IMG/VR virus record: IMGVR_UViG_3300049927_000163
Location: 9,513 to 73,512 of that record
Strand: one strand, 5' to 3'
DNA length: 64,000 bases
From: a virus
Position 1 is the first letter of the stretch, and each line of letters begins with the position of its first letter. The position numbers were made by a program, and so were the translations under genes. The notes below the pieces were generated by a model. That model saw nothing but the letters and a program-made list of their open reading frames with translations, had not been told where the DNA came from and did no database searches. Below are positions 18,131 through 27,911 of this stretch, piece by piece.

Positions 18131-19630
18131 CTACAATCCGTATGGGTTATGACGCTGTACCATTCTCTCTACCCAATCATCTGTAACACCAGAATCTCCA
18201 AGGAGATGTATGCCACAAGTAAGGGTACGTAATGCATCTGCGCAATGACTTGCATCATTATGCAGAGGTTTAGAGCCCCAACAACCTAATTTAGCATTCC
18301 ATGAGCGCTTATAGTTATCAAGATGTGCAACACCTTTACCACACTTAGATTCATCAAACCAAAATCTAGGGAAAAGATAACGTGTAGCATCTATGCCTTC
18401 ATCAACTGGAATATCTGAAACCAGAGTGAAGGTAAAGCCATTCTTTCGAGCAGTCTCAATACGCGTTAAGCCCGAGCCATACTCATGCGCGGCGGCATCA
18501 TGAGGAACAAGGTGAGTGCCATAGATATAACGTTTTTCTTTTAAAAGCTTGAGGTAGTAGACTAAGGATTCATTGTTTCCTTCGATGTATTCCAAAAAAT
18601 GAATTTCTTTTCCTTCTATCTGGAACAGCCAAATTGCAGTACTGTCCCCGTAGCCTAAATCAAAACAGGTATGTACCGGAGCGTCTTCGGAGTAGTAAAT
18701 TTCACTGATTCTACCCTGCTGGCGAGCATAACTTAGCTGCTGTGCATAGTAGGCACCAGTGATGGCAGTTTCAAAGGATTCAGCTGGCGTAGAAGGGTAT
18801 TCACGCTTCATATCCTCTTGCTGCGTGGCCTGCTTTTTGACATACCATTGCTTTTGAGGAAGAGATAGCTTGATATCTTGACGCTCTAAAGATTCAAAGT
18901 AATCATTCTGTTCTTTTGTAATTACAACATGTTCATTCAGGAAGTAATCCTTACATTTATACCAAGGAAAGAAGTGAAAAAGATAATCCAGCTTAGTAAG
19001 CTTGGTCTTTTTGTCCTTGAGAGCTTGGGCCTCTTGACACATGTCATAAAAGTAACCGTCACGCCCTTCGGCTGTAGACTCTATAAACACAAACTGGCCA
19101 GCAGCAAGCGTGTTAAGTGAGCCAGTCACTATCTCCCTAGCTCTAGTAGTATCAACGGCTGAAATCTTGCCAAATTCGGAAATGTGGAGATATTGGAGCG
19201 TCGAGCCTCTCATAGAGGTGCCAACACGAAGCGAACTGCCATTGTTAAAAACAAGCTCGCGGGCACTATCAACCGTTGCTGAACGATAAGCCTTGAGCTG
19301 AAGGTCTAAAGAATCATAGGCAAACTTGATACGCTTGAACATGTAGGCCGCATCATCCATAGTATGGGCGATGATACCGGCAGATAAGTTGTCATTGAAT
19401 AGGCAGCGGTCTAGGAAAAGTATACATACATATGTAGATATACCAAGCTGTCTAGCCTTGAGGATGATGTTGCAATGCCAGGTGTTGTTATAAAGTTCTT
19501 CTTGGGCCCAATTACACTTGAACTTAACCTTCTCACCCTCTTTGCCAATAATCCAATATAGATTATTCAGCCTCCACCAAGGGTCATCTAGATTCTTCCT
19601 GGCTTGCTCAATCTCTTGCTTAGTCGGCAT
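18131..19630 (-). CDS. terL: Terminase large subunit
   Basis: Walker A ILKARQLGIST, LHISEFG, FIESTAEG coupling motif, nuclease DLGYGD and SHCADALR. Confidence 0.9.
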   Translation of the reverse strand: MPTKQEIEQARKNLDDPWWRLNNLYWIIGKEGEKVKFKCNWAQEELYNNTWHCNIILKARQLGISTYVCILFLDRCLFNDNLSAGIIAHTMDDAAYMFKRIKFAYDSLDLQLKAYRSATVDSARELVFNNGSSLRVGTSMRGSTLQYLHISEFGKISAVDTTRAREIVTGSLNTLAAGQFVFIESTAEGRDGYFYDMCQEAQALKDKKTKLTKLDYLFHFFPWYKCKDYFLNEHVVITKEQNDYFESLERQDIKLSLPQKQWYVKKQATQQEDMKREYPSTPAESFETAITGAYYAQQLSYARQQGRISEIYYSEDAPVHTCFDLGYGDSTAIWLFQIEGKEIHFLEYIEGNNESLVYYLKLLKEKRYIYGTHLVPHDAAAHEYGSGLTRIETARKNGFTFTLVSDIPVDEGIDATRYLFPRFWFDESKCGKGVAHLDNYKRSWNAKLGCWGSKPLHNDASHCADALRTLTCGIHLLGDSGVTDDWVERMVQRHNPYGL

Positions 19631-20165
19631 CGTTCTCTTTGTAAGTAGTTAGCTCTTTTGATTTGTTCGAAGTTGAATCCAGCAAAAAGCTTATTGGATT
19701 TGCTGCGTCCCCTGATACCTCTGTTCGCTCTTTCCAGCCATGACAATTTTGTAATACGAACTTAGTTAGATTTGCGTTAATTTCATTAAACAAACCCTTC
19801 TCAACTAGTTTACCTTGTTGCAATTCATGAGCTTTTTTTAAAGCTAAGGCAAAGTCTGCAGATTTATTAGCAAATTCATCAAGTCGTTGAGGCTCATATC
19901 CTTGCTGTAAAGCAAAGTTTTTTAACCAAATATTTCTTGGTACTTCAAACCACTTGATTAACAGTTCAGCTTCTTGTTCAAGACGTTCAAGAGTGTATAT
20001 TTCAGGGATGGTGAGTTTATCTCTCGGAGGACCTGGATTGCCCTTAGAATATTGGTTTCCTAACATATGGAATTGGACGGCAGCTTTTTTCTTCAATTTC
20101 TTGCCAGAACTAACTCTCTTAGCAATATCAGATGCTTCTTTTCTTTTGGCATCTAAATCTGTCAT
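19620..20165 (-). CDS. terS: Terminase small subunit (P22 gp3-like)
   Basis: GNQYSKGNPG and C-terminal ANLTKFVLQNCHGWKERTE. Overlaps the terL start. Confidence 0.7.
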   Translation of the reverse strand: MTDLDAKRKEASDIAKRVSSGKKLKKKAAVQFHMLGNQYSKGNPGPPRDKLTIPEIYTLERLEQEAELLIKWFEVPRNIWLKNFALQQGYEPQRLDEFANKSADFALALKKAHELQQGKLVEKGLFNEINANLTKFVLQNCHGWKERTEVSGDAANPISFLLDSTSNKSKELTTYKENDAD

Positions 20166-20706
20166 AAGTTCCTCTCCGTTAATCAATCCCACGGTATCCC
20201 GTCCATCTATTTCCTTGCAAAGGATTCTTTTCTCTTGCTAGAATATCATTCTTATGTAATACTAGTCCCTATAGCAACACAGTCTCCCTTAACTCGCCTA
20301 GAGCGAATAGGTTGTAGCGTGTAGCTAGATTAACAAAAACAGTAAAATCTAGAGGTTATATGATAGGACTTAAATTTAAATTAATATTGCCAGAAAAAAG
20401 TAATCTTGGCTTCACATACATACAGATTGTTGGCAGGGTGCTTGTGACGCATGATGATTACAAGCATTGTGAGAATCATACAAGTCGCACCTACAATTAC
20501 GTTTTAGATTGCATAACAGACATTGGGTTTATGCAGATTACGGAGGAAGAATTTTCCGATGAGCTTAGCTATAGTATATATGAATTAGATGCAAATTCAA
20601 AGATAAGTTAACATGAAAGTCACAAATAATGATTGAAGCTTTAAAATTAGATATTTCACTAAGTTAAATTAGATGTTATCAATATTTTAGCTAACTCTTC
20701 GGGCAA

Positions 20707-20952
20707 TCATTCCCTGGTTGCCCTGATTATTTTATACACAGTTTTCCTATCAACCATTTCCCTCGAAATGAATCCTTTTTCCACTAAATATTTCAAAGAT
20801 AGTCCCACATTTTCTCTAGACATTTTGATATCTCTGGCAATTTGTTCATGAGAGACAACGATAAACTTATATTTTTTACCCAATAGGACTAGATACTCTA
20901 GAACTATTTTTTGTTTTACCGATAAACCCATAATTTCCCTGTTTTCATACAA
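20707..20952 (-). CDS. Winged-HTH protein
   Basis: SHEQIARDIKMSRENVGLSLKYLVEKGFI. Confidence 0.65.
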   Translation of the reverse strand: MYENREIMGLSVKQKIVLEYLVLLGKKYKFIVVSHEQIARDIKMSRENVGLSLKYLVEKGFISREMVDRKTVYKIIRATRE

Positions 20953-21667
20953 TCGTAAATTTGGCCTATTCCAGGCTATTAGCTGAATTCATTTTCTTCT
21001 TGGTGTCTTTTGTCATTAGAAGATTTATCGATGAATCCTGATCCTTTTAGAGGCCTAGATATTTATTTTGTCTGATTATGATCTTGAGGAAAATAGAATC
21101 TACCTTTGCCTTGAAGCATTTCTTTCATATGAGGATGAAAATTAAGGAAGTCTTCTATTGTTTTATGAAATATATTTAACAAACCAAAAGGGATATTCAT
21201 AGAAAATCTTTTATCAAAATCTAAATCAATAGTATCAATTATTTCTATTCTATCTCGCCCGTCATCATAAATTATTTTTATGCAATTAAAACCCAAGATA
21301 AATTTATGATCAATAGCGTCCGAATCTTTGAAAAGTTCTCTTACAATAACCTGTAAAGATATTTTTACCATTGCACTGCAGTCATTACTGTTAAACGTTA
21401 TCTCGTTAATATCTATATTAATATTCATTTAAATCCATGCTTAAATTTATTTATACTCATTTCTTTTCAAGAAATTGTACATGACGTTTTTGTTCAGAAA
21501 GCGCCCATTCAAGTTCGTCTATTTTTTTTAAATTTTCATAGTTTACCTGCAGGGAAATCTCCCAATGATATTTAAAATATTTTTCCCAAGAACCTTCATG
21601 TCTTTCATGCAACTCCTGCATTATATCACTTGAATATTCTTCCTCAATTTCATTCATTATTTTTCCT

Positions 21668-22342
21668 TTAACTATATCTGTACTTTGCTTTGTATTCTTT
21701 CGCAATTTTAGTTAAAAAAGCTGCGACATTTTCAGGTTTTCCGTATTTTCTCCAGTAATCTTTTGTATCTTTGATTGCGGACTGTAATTCAGCTTCGGAA
21801 AATTGATTTGCAATAATTTGCTTATCTTTGTCAGAAAGTATCGGTATTTGAAGGCAATGTGGTATAGATTTATTGACGTAAGTCCAGGAACGCTGCCGAT
21901 TTTCAAAAACTTTGAAATTAGAATCATCCATAGTGAGTAACGTTCCTTTACTTGTTCTAGATATTCTAGATAGTGTCGGAAACTGTGTCGGACTATCTCT
22001 AGAAATATCTACTTTTCTAAAAATATTCCTATCCTTTGTGTCTAATTTTAAAAGATTATCTGATATAAAGTAAAGTAATGATTGATATGCTTTTTTAATT
22101 GTGCTCATCCAACCATAAGATAAGAATTTCTTGACCGCCTCAATAACTGTATCGCGACAACATCCAACCATACGAGCAATTGTGCTTTGACTGGGCCTGG
22201 TTACATAGCAATGCTTATTAAACCAGCATAGGAGTTGCCAGATTTGCTTTTGATGATAACTAAGCATTTCGAAAGATATCAGGAAGTTTTGTTGCTCTTC
22301 TGTAGGTTTGAATTCTGTTTGTGTTTGAGCTTTTTGTGACAT
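21668..22342 (-). CDS. Winged-HTH replication initiator-like protein
   Basis: PSQSTIARMVGCCRDTVIEAVKKF..GW HTH and C-terminal ENVAAFLTK. Start placed at MSQKAQ. Confidence 0.6.
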   Translation of the reverse strand: MSQKAQTQTEFKPTEEQQNFLISFEMLSYHQKQIWQLLCWFNKHCYVTRPSQSTIARMVGCCRDTVIEAVKKFLSYGWMSTIKKAYQSLLYFISDNLLKLDTKDRNIFRKVDISRDSPTQFPTLSRISRTSKGTLLTMDDSNFKVFENRQRSWTYVNKSIPHCLQIPILSDKDKQIIANQFSEAELQSAIKDTKDYWRKYGKPENVAAFLTKIAKEYKAKYRYS

Positions 22343-22559
22343 TTTATTCTTCCTCCGAAGATTGTGTTGGTTTAAAACACTCGGAGAAAGTACCATTAGA
22401 ATTATCCTTACAAGATATTCTTTAGGTTTCCTTTCTTCTCTTCCGAGCGAACGAGGGTTGTGTTTCCTAAATGACAATAGGGCCGTGTAAACAGCGGCCC
22501 TTTGTTATTTACGTCCTTTTTATATACGCCTCACAGCCAATTTCCGCCTACTTATTTCC

Positions 22560-22588
22560 AAAAAAAAAGCCCCGCACACTGCGAGGCC
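22560..22588 (-). terminator. Intrinsic terminator after erf
   Basis: Minus strand GCCTCGCA-GTG-TGCGGGGC followed by a run of T. Confidence 0.65.
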
Positions 22589-22618
22589 CCGACCAACATC
22601 CTTCACAAAATCTATCCA

Positions 22619-23311
22619 TTAAGCTACGGATGCAGGTCTATCTTTCCACTCTTTCATACTCGAGCTAAATTGTGCTACTTTTTCATCTGTTGACAGCGCA
22701 CTTGCTATGAGTTCCGCTCTTGTCTTTTTCGGATACTTTTCCACTAAGTATTCTAGAAACTTTGTCACATCATCCTCGCCTACTAGATTTCCAGTGGCAC
22801 AGACGGCCTTTTGCAGCCTCACTGTTGAATGATCTATAGCTATAGGCTGTGTAGACCCTGATAGGCTCATATTCATTGGTTCTACTGGCCTTTGCATGTG
22901 TCTTGATTCCTCTTTCTGGGTAGCCTTCCTTTCGGATTCACCATCATCATCAAAAGTTGATAGGCCTATCAGGGAGCTAAGAGAATATCTCCTAAAATAG
23001 GTCGTAGATCCTCCTATCGACTGTGAGTCACCTTTTCCTGCAGGCAAAAGCACCCTTCCTTTTATCCATTGCCCCGATTTGTGCAGCAATCTCGTGACTA
23101 GATAGTTCTTTTCGTTTTCTACCTCGTATGTCATGACAACGCTTAACCCATTATCCTTCAAAGGCTTTTTGCATGCTTGCATAACTGTATGTAAATCAGC
23201 GTATTTGCTCTTAAAATATGGATTTGCGCTATTTTCAACAGCACCTTCAATTTCTCCCTGCGCTATGGATAACGCTGTAGCTAATTGGTCTAGTTGTTCT
23301 GATTGCATCAT
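22619..23311 (-). CDS. erf: ERF-family single-strand annealing protein
   Basis: NPYFKSKYADL, L.H.SGQWI, QSIGGSTTYFRRYSL, DDDG motifs. Confidence 0.9.
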   Translation of the reverse strand: MMQSEQLDQLATALSIAQGEIEGAVENSANPYFKSKYADLHTVMQACKKPLKDNGLSVVMTYEVENEKNYLVTRLLHKSGQWIKGRVLLPAGKGDSQSIGGSTTYFRRYSLSSLIGLSTFDDDGESERKATQKEESRHMQRPVEPMNMSLSGSTQPIAIDHSTVRLQKAVCATGNLVGEDDVTKFLEYLVEKYPKKTRAELIASALSTDEKVAQFSSSMKEWKDRPASVA

Positions 23312-23668
23312 GCCCTCATCATGTTATGGATTTCTTCTAGTGCTTTTTCTCTTTGTGCCAGATTCTCTTTTGTCTCTTCTTGGATTTCTTGGCATCTACC
23401 TGACCAATATTCCGAATGGTCCTTCCAAAATGCTATGTCACTCTCTGAATCCTTGAGCTCTAGCTTCAAACGCTCGTTCTCTTTTTTAAGATTGTTTAGG
23501 TAAGCGAGAAATTGTACTGGATCAAAAAACTTGTAATCTTTTAGATTGTCATCATTCATAGGTAACCTCTATGTGTTTGTGTTAAATAATAAGAGCCGGC
23601 CCTCTAGGTTCTGATCCTTCCTAGAGGGTTTTTTCTTTCTGTATACACTATTGCATAATTCTTATCTT

Positions 23669-24298
23669 CTAGTCAATATCAAAGTTATTTGCTTTATCTT
23701 CCCAATATTTATTTGCCTCGTCAATGCATTCCTGGAGCACTTTTTGGCTAAAAGTAAATTCATAAACTTTCGGTGCAACTGCTTCATAAGTCATAATATT
23801 CATACCAGTAAAACCGTCCATGATAGGCTGTCCATCATTATTTACTAGATTTACTTTCTTATGACGCAGGTTAATCCAGCGCATCTTGGTTCCAATTTCT
23901 ATTTTGTTAGCTGATACGAGATACCAGTAAAAGTGTGCCTGCATATTCCAAATCTTCTCGTTCGCTTTCGCGGAGGTCTTATAATCTATGAGTATTGGTC
24001 CATCTGCAGAATCTATGATCGCGTCCATCTGGCCAGTTATCATGAGATTGTCATCAAAGAGCCTGGCTTCCATGACGAGATATTTTGGATCTGCTTTTTC
24101 ATACCATTGAAGGAATGAGTTAAAGTAGGCACGCTCTCTATCACATTTGTGCTCATAGGGCTGTTTTAGGATGTATTTCTGAATTGACTCATGGACATTT
24201 GTTCCTATTTGAGCCTTGGCTGCTAGAACATCGTGGTCTATAGATCCAAAGTTCTGAAGTCTTGCTAAAATATCACTGACTCGTACGTAGTTTTTCAT
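23669..24298 (-). CDS. PD-(D/E)XK exonuclease
   Basis: RVSDIL, GTNVHE, GQMD, LIDYKTS, Q..FY motifs. Adjacent to erf. Confidence 0.8.
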   Translation of the reverse strand: MKNYVRVSDILARLQNFGSIDHDVLAAKAQIGTNVHESIQKYILKQPYEHKCDRERAYFNSFLQWYEKADPKYLVMEARLFDDNLMITGQMDAIIDSADGPILIDYKTSAKANEKIWNMQAHFYWYLVSANKIEIGTKMRWINLRHKKVNLVNNDGQPIMDGFTGMNIMTYEAVAPKVYEFTFSQKVLQECIDEANKYWEDKANNFDID

Positions 24299-24370
24299 GT
24301 AACCTCCTGTTATTTCTCCTTGCATATTATTACAAGACTATGATTTAATACAAGCACAAAGGAGGTAATC

Positions 24371-24550
24371 GTGAAATTAGAAGCCTATTTAGAGAAGCAT
24401 AAAATGAGTCCTTTTGACTTTGCAGCACTCATACAGTGTAGTGTGGACACTGTTTTTAGATGGAAGAGAGGCGTTACGCCTTCAAAAGTATATCAGAGAC
24501 AGATTGAAGAGAAAACTAAAGGTCAAATAAAACAAAGGGATTGGGTGTGA
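24371..24550 (+). CDS. Cro-like HTH regulator (59 aa)
   Basis: Own translation MKLEAYLEKHKMSPFDFAALIQCSVDTVFRWKRGVTPSKVYQRQIEEKTKGQIKQRDWV. GGAGG RBS. Divergent from the recombination operon. Confidence 0.75.
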   Translation: MKLEAYLEKHKMSPFDFAALIQCSVDTVFRWKRGVTPSKVYQRQIEEKTKGQIKQRDWV

Positions 24551-25002
24551 AAAAGAGTGATATTGAGGTACTGGGTGAAAATGATTACTTAACCGTTCAG
24601 GAAGCGGCTGTTTTCATGGGTGTTTGTACACAGTGTGTTTACAAGGCTATTTACAGGAAGAAGCTTGAGTTCAAAAAGATCAAGGTGCTTCTAGACAATG
24701 GCTTTATGAAATGGAGGACGTATACAACTAAATGCTGGATAGCAAATTATAAAGCAATCATGCATGACAAGGACACTATGCGATGGAATGGGAGGCCAAT
24801 GTTTATACCCAAAGAAGGCAAGCTTAGTACTCATCAGGCTTATGAATATCTTGGGATGACTAAAAATATGCTGGCGCATTACACGAGAACTGGTCAGCTA
24901 AAATATACGAGGAAAGGGTACTACTATGTCTATGATGTAGAAGACCTGGATGCTTTACGTGAATCTATTGAAGAAAAAGCTAAGCTACTAAAGACTGGGT
25001 AA
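24547..25002 (+). CDS. euo: EUO-like tandem HTH_17 DNA-binding protein
   Basis: Two excisionase-type HTHs (LTVQEAA..MGV..Q.VYKAI.RKKL; LSTHQA...LG......YTRTGQLKYTRKG...V) joined by the linker W.G..MF...EG, matching chlamydial EUO as recalled. GTGA-coupled to the cro-like gene. Confidence 0.7.
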   Translation: MKKSDIEVLGENDYLTVQEAAVFMGVCTQCVYKAIYRKKLEFKKIKVLLDNGFMKWRTYTTKCWIANYKAIMHDKDTMRWNGRPMFIPKEGKLSTHQAYEYLGMTKNMLAHYTRTGQLKYTRKGYYYVYDVEDLDALRESIEEKAKLLKTG

Positions 25003-25281
25003 AACCAAGGAGGTTTTATGTCTATGACACAAAGAGAGATTTATAACGAAGGTCGTAACGACTGGGTTCTAAATCAGAATTTTCAAACCGAGATGGAATA
25101 TGGTCACACTCAAGCTGATGCTATGGTTCGTCCTTCTCAATCTGTGGTTTATGCTGACAGTGCTATACCTAGGATTCCGTCATGTCTTGAGGATGTGTGG
25201 CAATTTCCTGAAGCGGACCCAATGATTAGGATGCCAAATAAAATAAATAAAAGAGATTGATCTAAAATATTTTCAGCAAGT

Positions 25282-25698
25282 ATGAGTGTCTTTACAAAAG
25301 AGACACTCATGTACCTGTTTGAGATACACCAGAAGCCTATTCCTCAAAAGCAAACGCAATGGGGAAGGGGTAAGGGTTACGACCCTAGCAAAAAAGATAA
25401 AGAGACGTTAATTTGGCAGATACGAGCCTATGCTCCAATTAAGCCTATAGAAGGGCCAGTATTGGTCGATATTATGTTTTACATGCCAATACCCAAGACC
25501 TCGAAGATACAAGCTAGAAACATGGCTAACGGGGCAATTTTGCCAATTAAGAGACCTGATGTTGACAATCTAGCATATCTGATAACGAATGCCATGAAGG
25601 GCATCTTCTATGAGGATGACTCACAAATTGTAGATCTATTGCTACACAAGCGATACGGGGAACAGACAAAAACAGTTGTAAAGGTAATTGAATTGTGA
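25282..25698 (+). CDS. rusA: RusA Holliday-junction resolvase
   Basis: RPDVDNL.....NAM.G..YEDDSQIV motif. Confidence 0.9.
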   Translation: MSVFTKETLMYLFEIHQKPIPQKQTQWGRGKGYDPSKKDKETLIWQIRAYAPIKPIEGPVLVDIMFYMPIPKTSKIQARNMANGAILPIKRPDVDNLAYLITNAMKGIFYEDDSQIVDLLLHKRYGEQTKTVVKVIEL

Positions 25699-25848
25699 AA
25701 ATTGTATTTGAACAGGATGAAGGGACAGAGTTTTTTGAGATACAGCTTACCGAAAGGGAGATTAAAGATCTTTTGTCCTATAAGGGTTTTGAAGAGAAAT
25801 TATTGATTAAAAAGAGACCTACCAGCATTTACGTAAGGAGAATATCAA

Positions 25849-26001
25849 ATGCCACTATCGAAGGGGAAGAGCAAGGAAATTATTTCTAAAAATATTAAGA
25901 CAGAAATTGCTCACGGAAAACCACAAAAACAAGCAGTTGCAATTTCTTTAGAAAAAGCAAGAGAATCTGGGGCAAAAATACCTAAGAAAAAGGCTAAATA
26001 A
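25849..26001 (+). CDS. Small basic phage protein (50 aa)
   Basis: Own translation MPLSKGKSKEIISKNIKTEIAHGKPQKQAVAISL..., a widespread phage small-protein motif. AAGGAG RBS. Confidence 0.7.
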   Translation: MPLSKGKSKEIISKNIKTEIAHGKPQKQAVAISLEKARESGAKIPKKKAK

Positions 26002-26356
26002 TGAAAATTGATGAAGATATTGATAAAGTCTTAGATGCAGTGATTGATATTGCAAGCCAGGGGGTACCTATACAGGCAATTATTCGCTCATTGATAAAGA
26101 ATCAAGCCAATACCCAGGTTAGCCTTAATGAAATTAGAAAAGAGTTTGAACAATTTAAAGCACTAATTAACGAGGAAGACGATGACGAATGATTGGAAAA
26201 TTGCTAGTGAAGTATTGCCAGAGATTGGCAAAAAAGTAGATGTGAAGATACTTAGCTATGCTATGGGCACAAGGACTGGAGAGTCCAACTTCCTATTGGA
26301 TGAATCGGGGATGACAACTAGTACTGTAATTGCTTGGAAAAATACGGATGTGAAAG

Positions 26357-26674
26357 ATGAAAATATTGAACTACAAAGAGCTGAACAAGGGTAATATCAC
26401 AGCAAGTTTTGATGTTGTGATTGAGGAATGGGGTATCACTATCAAGAGATGTGGACTTTTTTTATCAAAAGATAAGCGTTTCATAGGGTTTCCCTCGTAT
26501 AAGTATGATGATGCTGAAGGCAAAGTAAAATATGCACCCTATGTTTTCATGGAAAAGACTCGAAAGGAGCGCTTTGATAAGAGTGTTATTGCTTTGCTAG
26601 ATGCTGGTACTTTTGAAAGGGCGGATGCTCCAAAGATTGAAGAAAGAAAGTTTGATGAGGAGTGTCCATTTTGA
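26357..26674 (+). CDS. SpoVG-like nucleic-acid-binding protein
   Basis: ASFDV....GITI........KRFIGFPS.......K.KY pattern and acidic SSB-like tail EECPF. Confidence 0.55.
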   Translation: MKILNYKELNKGNITASFDVVIEEWGITIKRCGLFLSKDKRFIGFPSYKYDDAEGKVKYAPYVFMEKTRKERFDKSVIALLDAGTFERADAPKIEERKFDEECPF

Positions 26675-26868
26675 ACCATAAAGAACGCGAAGAGCTTGGT
26701 ATCAAGCTTAAACAGGCTAGAATTTCAAAAAGACTTACTCCTGCCCAAGTCTCTAGTAGAATTGGGCATCATTTTAGCTTGATAGAGAGATTAGAGCGTG
26801 GAGAAGTTACTTTGATCAATGAAGCAATGCTCCAAGACCTATTCAAGAATCTTGATATTGAACTTTAA
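26662..26868 (+). CDS. XRE-family HTH protein
   Basis: LKQARISKRLTPAQVSSRIG....LIERLERG. Confidence 0.75.
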   Translation: MSILNHKEREELGIKLKQARISKRLTPAQVSSRIGHHFSLIERLERGEVTLINEAMLQDLFKNLDIEL

Positions 26869-27269
26869 GATAATGCATCCAGGAGGTCTTTTTGGATCTC
26901 CTTTTCACCCGTACTAAATGCCACAATTTCTTTTTCTTGAAGTGGTGGCAATGGTGGGAAGATTTCATCTGCTCTTAGGAGTCTAGGGATGTAGCGTCTG
27001 GATTGCTGTACAACCATCATAGAACGGGCGAGGCTCAACGAACAATACCCAGTGGCTACTATGGCACAGGTCAAGGCTGAAAGCTCCAAGGATGGGCAGT
27101 ATATCTTGCCATCAAATACTAGGAATGAGAGTTCATAGACCTTACGGGCAAGTTGTCCACTAGCTCCAGCAAAGGCTAGAGAACCTAGGAGTTTCGCTGA
27201 TTTCAAGGCTATTGGTGGTAGGCTTGTAGGTATATAGCTCTTAAGGCTTTCGAAGCATTTCATGGGCAC
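26865..27269 (-). CDS. Two-hydrophobic-segment membrane protein, last gene of late operon (allele A)
   Basis: Homolog of 63584..63916: near-identical N-terminus, shared GYCS and KEIVAF.TGE. Confidence 0.65.
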   Translation of the reverse strand: MPMKCFESLKSYIPTSLPPIALKSAKLLGSLAFAGASGQLARKVYELSFLVFDGKIYCPSLELSALTCAIVATGYCSLSLARSMMVVQQSRRYIPRLLRADEIFPPLPPLQEKEIVAFSTGEKEIQKDLLDALS

Positions 27270-27353
27270 CTATAGGGTTAAAATTTCATACCACACATTA
27301 ATAATAACAGTATTGTTATTGGCAGCATTGCCGGAAATTTCTGTTGCAAAAGG
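27235..27353 (+). repeat. Exact direct repeat, copy 1 (copy 2 at 63882-64000)
   Basis: 119 bp identical by inspection up to the window end. Confidence 0.9.
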
Positions 27354-27911
27354 TTCGTAGGCAACAATTTTCAGATTTTCCACTGCGGCAGTTGCATTAT
27401 TTGAGAGAACAAAACTAGTTGCTTGTTGCGCTTCCAATCGGCTTTGAGAAGCTACTATGCTTGTATTTGATAAAATAGTACCAATTGCTTGTCCAGCAGC
27501 GCTATTGTATCTAAGTTCAATCCATTGAGATGCGCCTGCAACAAAGACGTTACTTCCTCCATATTTCATTTCTGCGCTTACAGTAACTGGAAGAACAATT
27601 TTCCCCGAACCTGGAGCGGCAATTATTTGTATTGGCGTACCATGAAGAGCTTTTACTTGAGCAGAAGTTAAAGTAACTGTTGCTAAAGATAATATACTCA
27701 CTCCTCCCGGTCCCGTTTGCCATGTAGGTAACGCAGAAGGGCCATTACTAGTTAGAGCCTGAGTACTAGAGCCTAATCCCGATACATTTTGTAAAGGCGC
27801 GGTGCTAGTAGTTCCTGCACATAGTATAGAGTAGGCTGTGAAGGAAGAATTGTTTGTACCACCTGTTGTAGTGTCAATCGGATTGCTGAAGTTATCACAA
27901 TTGTTTGTCAT
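27270..27911 (-). CDS. Tail fibre/tip paralog 3
   Basis: SNP....GG....FTAY and LTSAQVK.LH.TPI..IAAPG.GK...YGG.NVF motifs shared with the two neighbouring ORFs. Confidence 0.7.
   Translation of the reverse strand: MTNNCDNFSNPIDTTTGGTNNSSFTAYSILCAGTTSTAPLQNVSGLGSSTQALTSNGPSALPTWQTGPGGVSILSLATVTLTSAQVKALHGTPIQIIAAPGSGKIVLPVTVSAEMKYGGSNVFVAGASQWIELRYNSAAGQAIGTILSNTSIVASQSRLEAQQATSFVLSNNATAAVENLKIVAYEPFATEISGNAANNNTVIINVWYEILTL

Larger units (their letters stand above)
1..27269. mobile_element. Phage genome unit A (podovirus-like, partial at left end)
   Basis: Contains TerS, TerL, portal, scaffold, major capsid and tail genes on the minus strand, plus ERF/nuclease/RusA/Cro early genes. No host housekeeping genes. 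Confidence 0.9.

Noticed and set aside
21972-21993. GTGTCGGA x2 as unit A iterons
   Set aside because: Only two 8-mers; too weak to call an origin.
23669-24298. Cas4 call
   Set aside because: Lacks the four-Cys Fe-S signature and sits beside erf like a recombination exonuclease.
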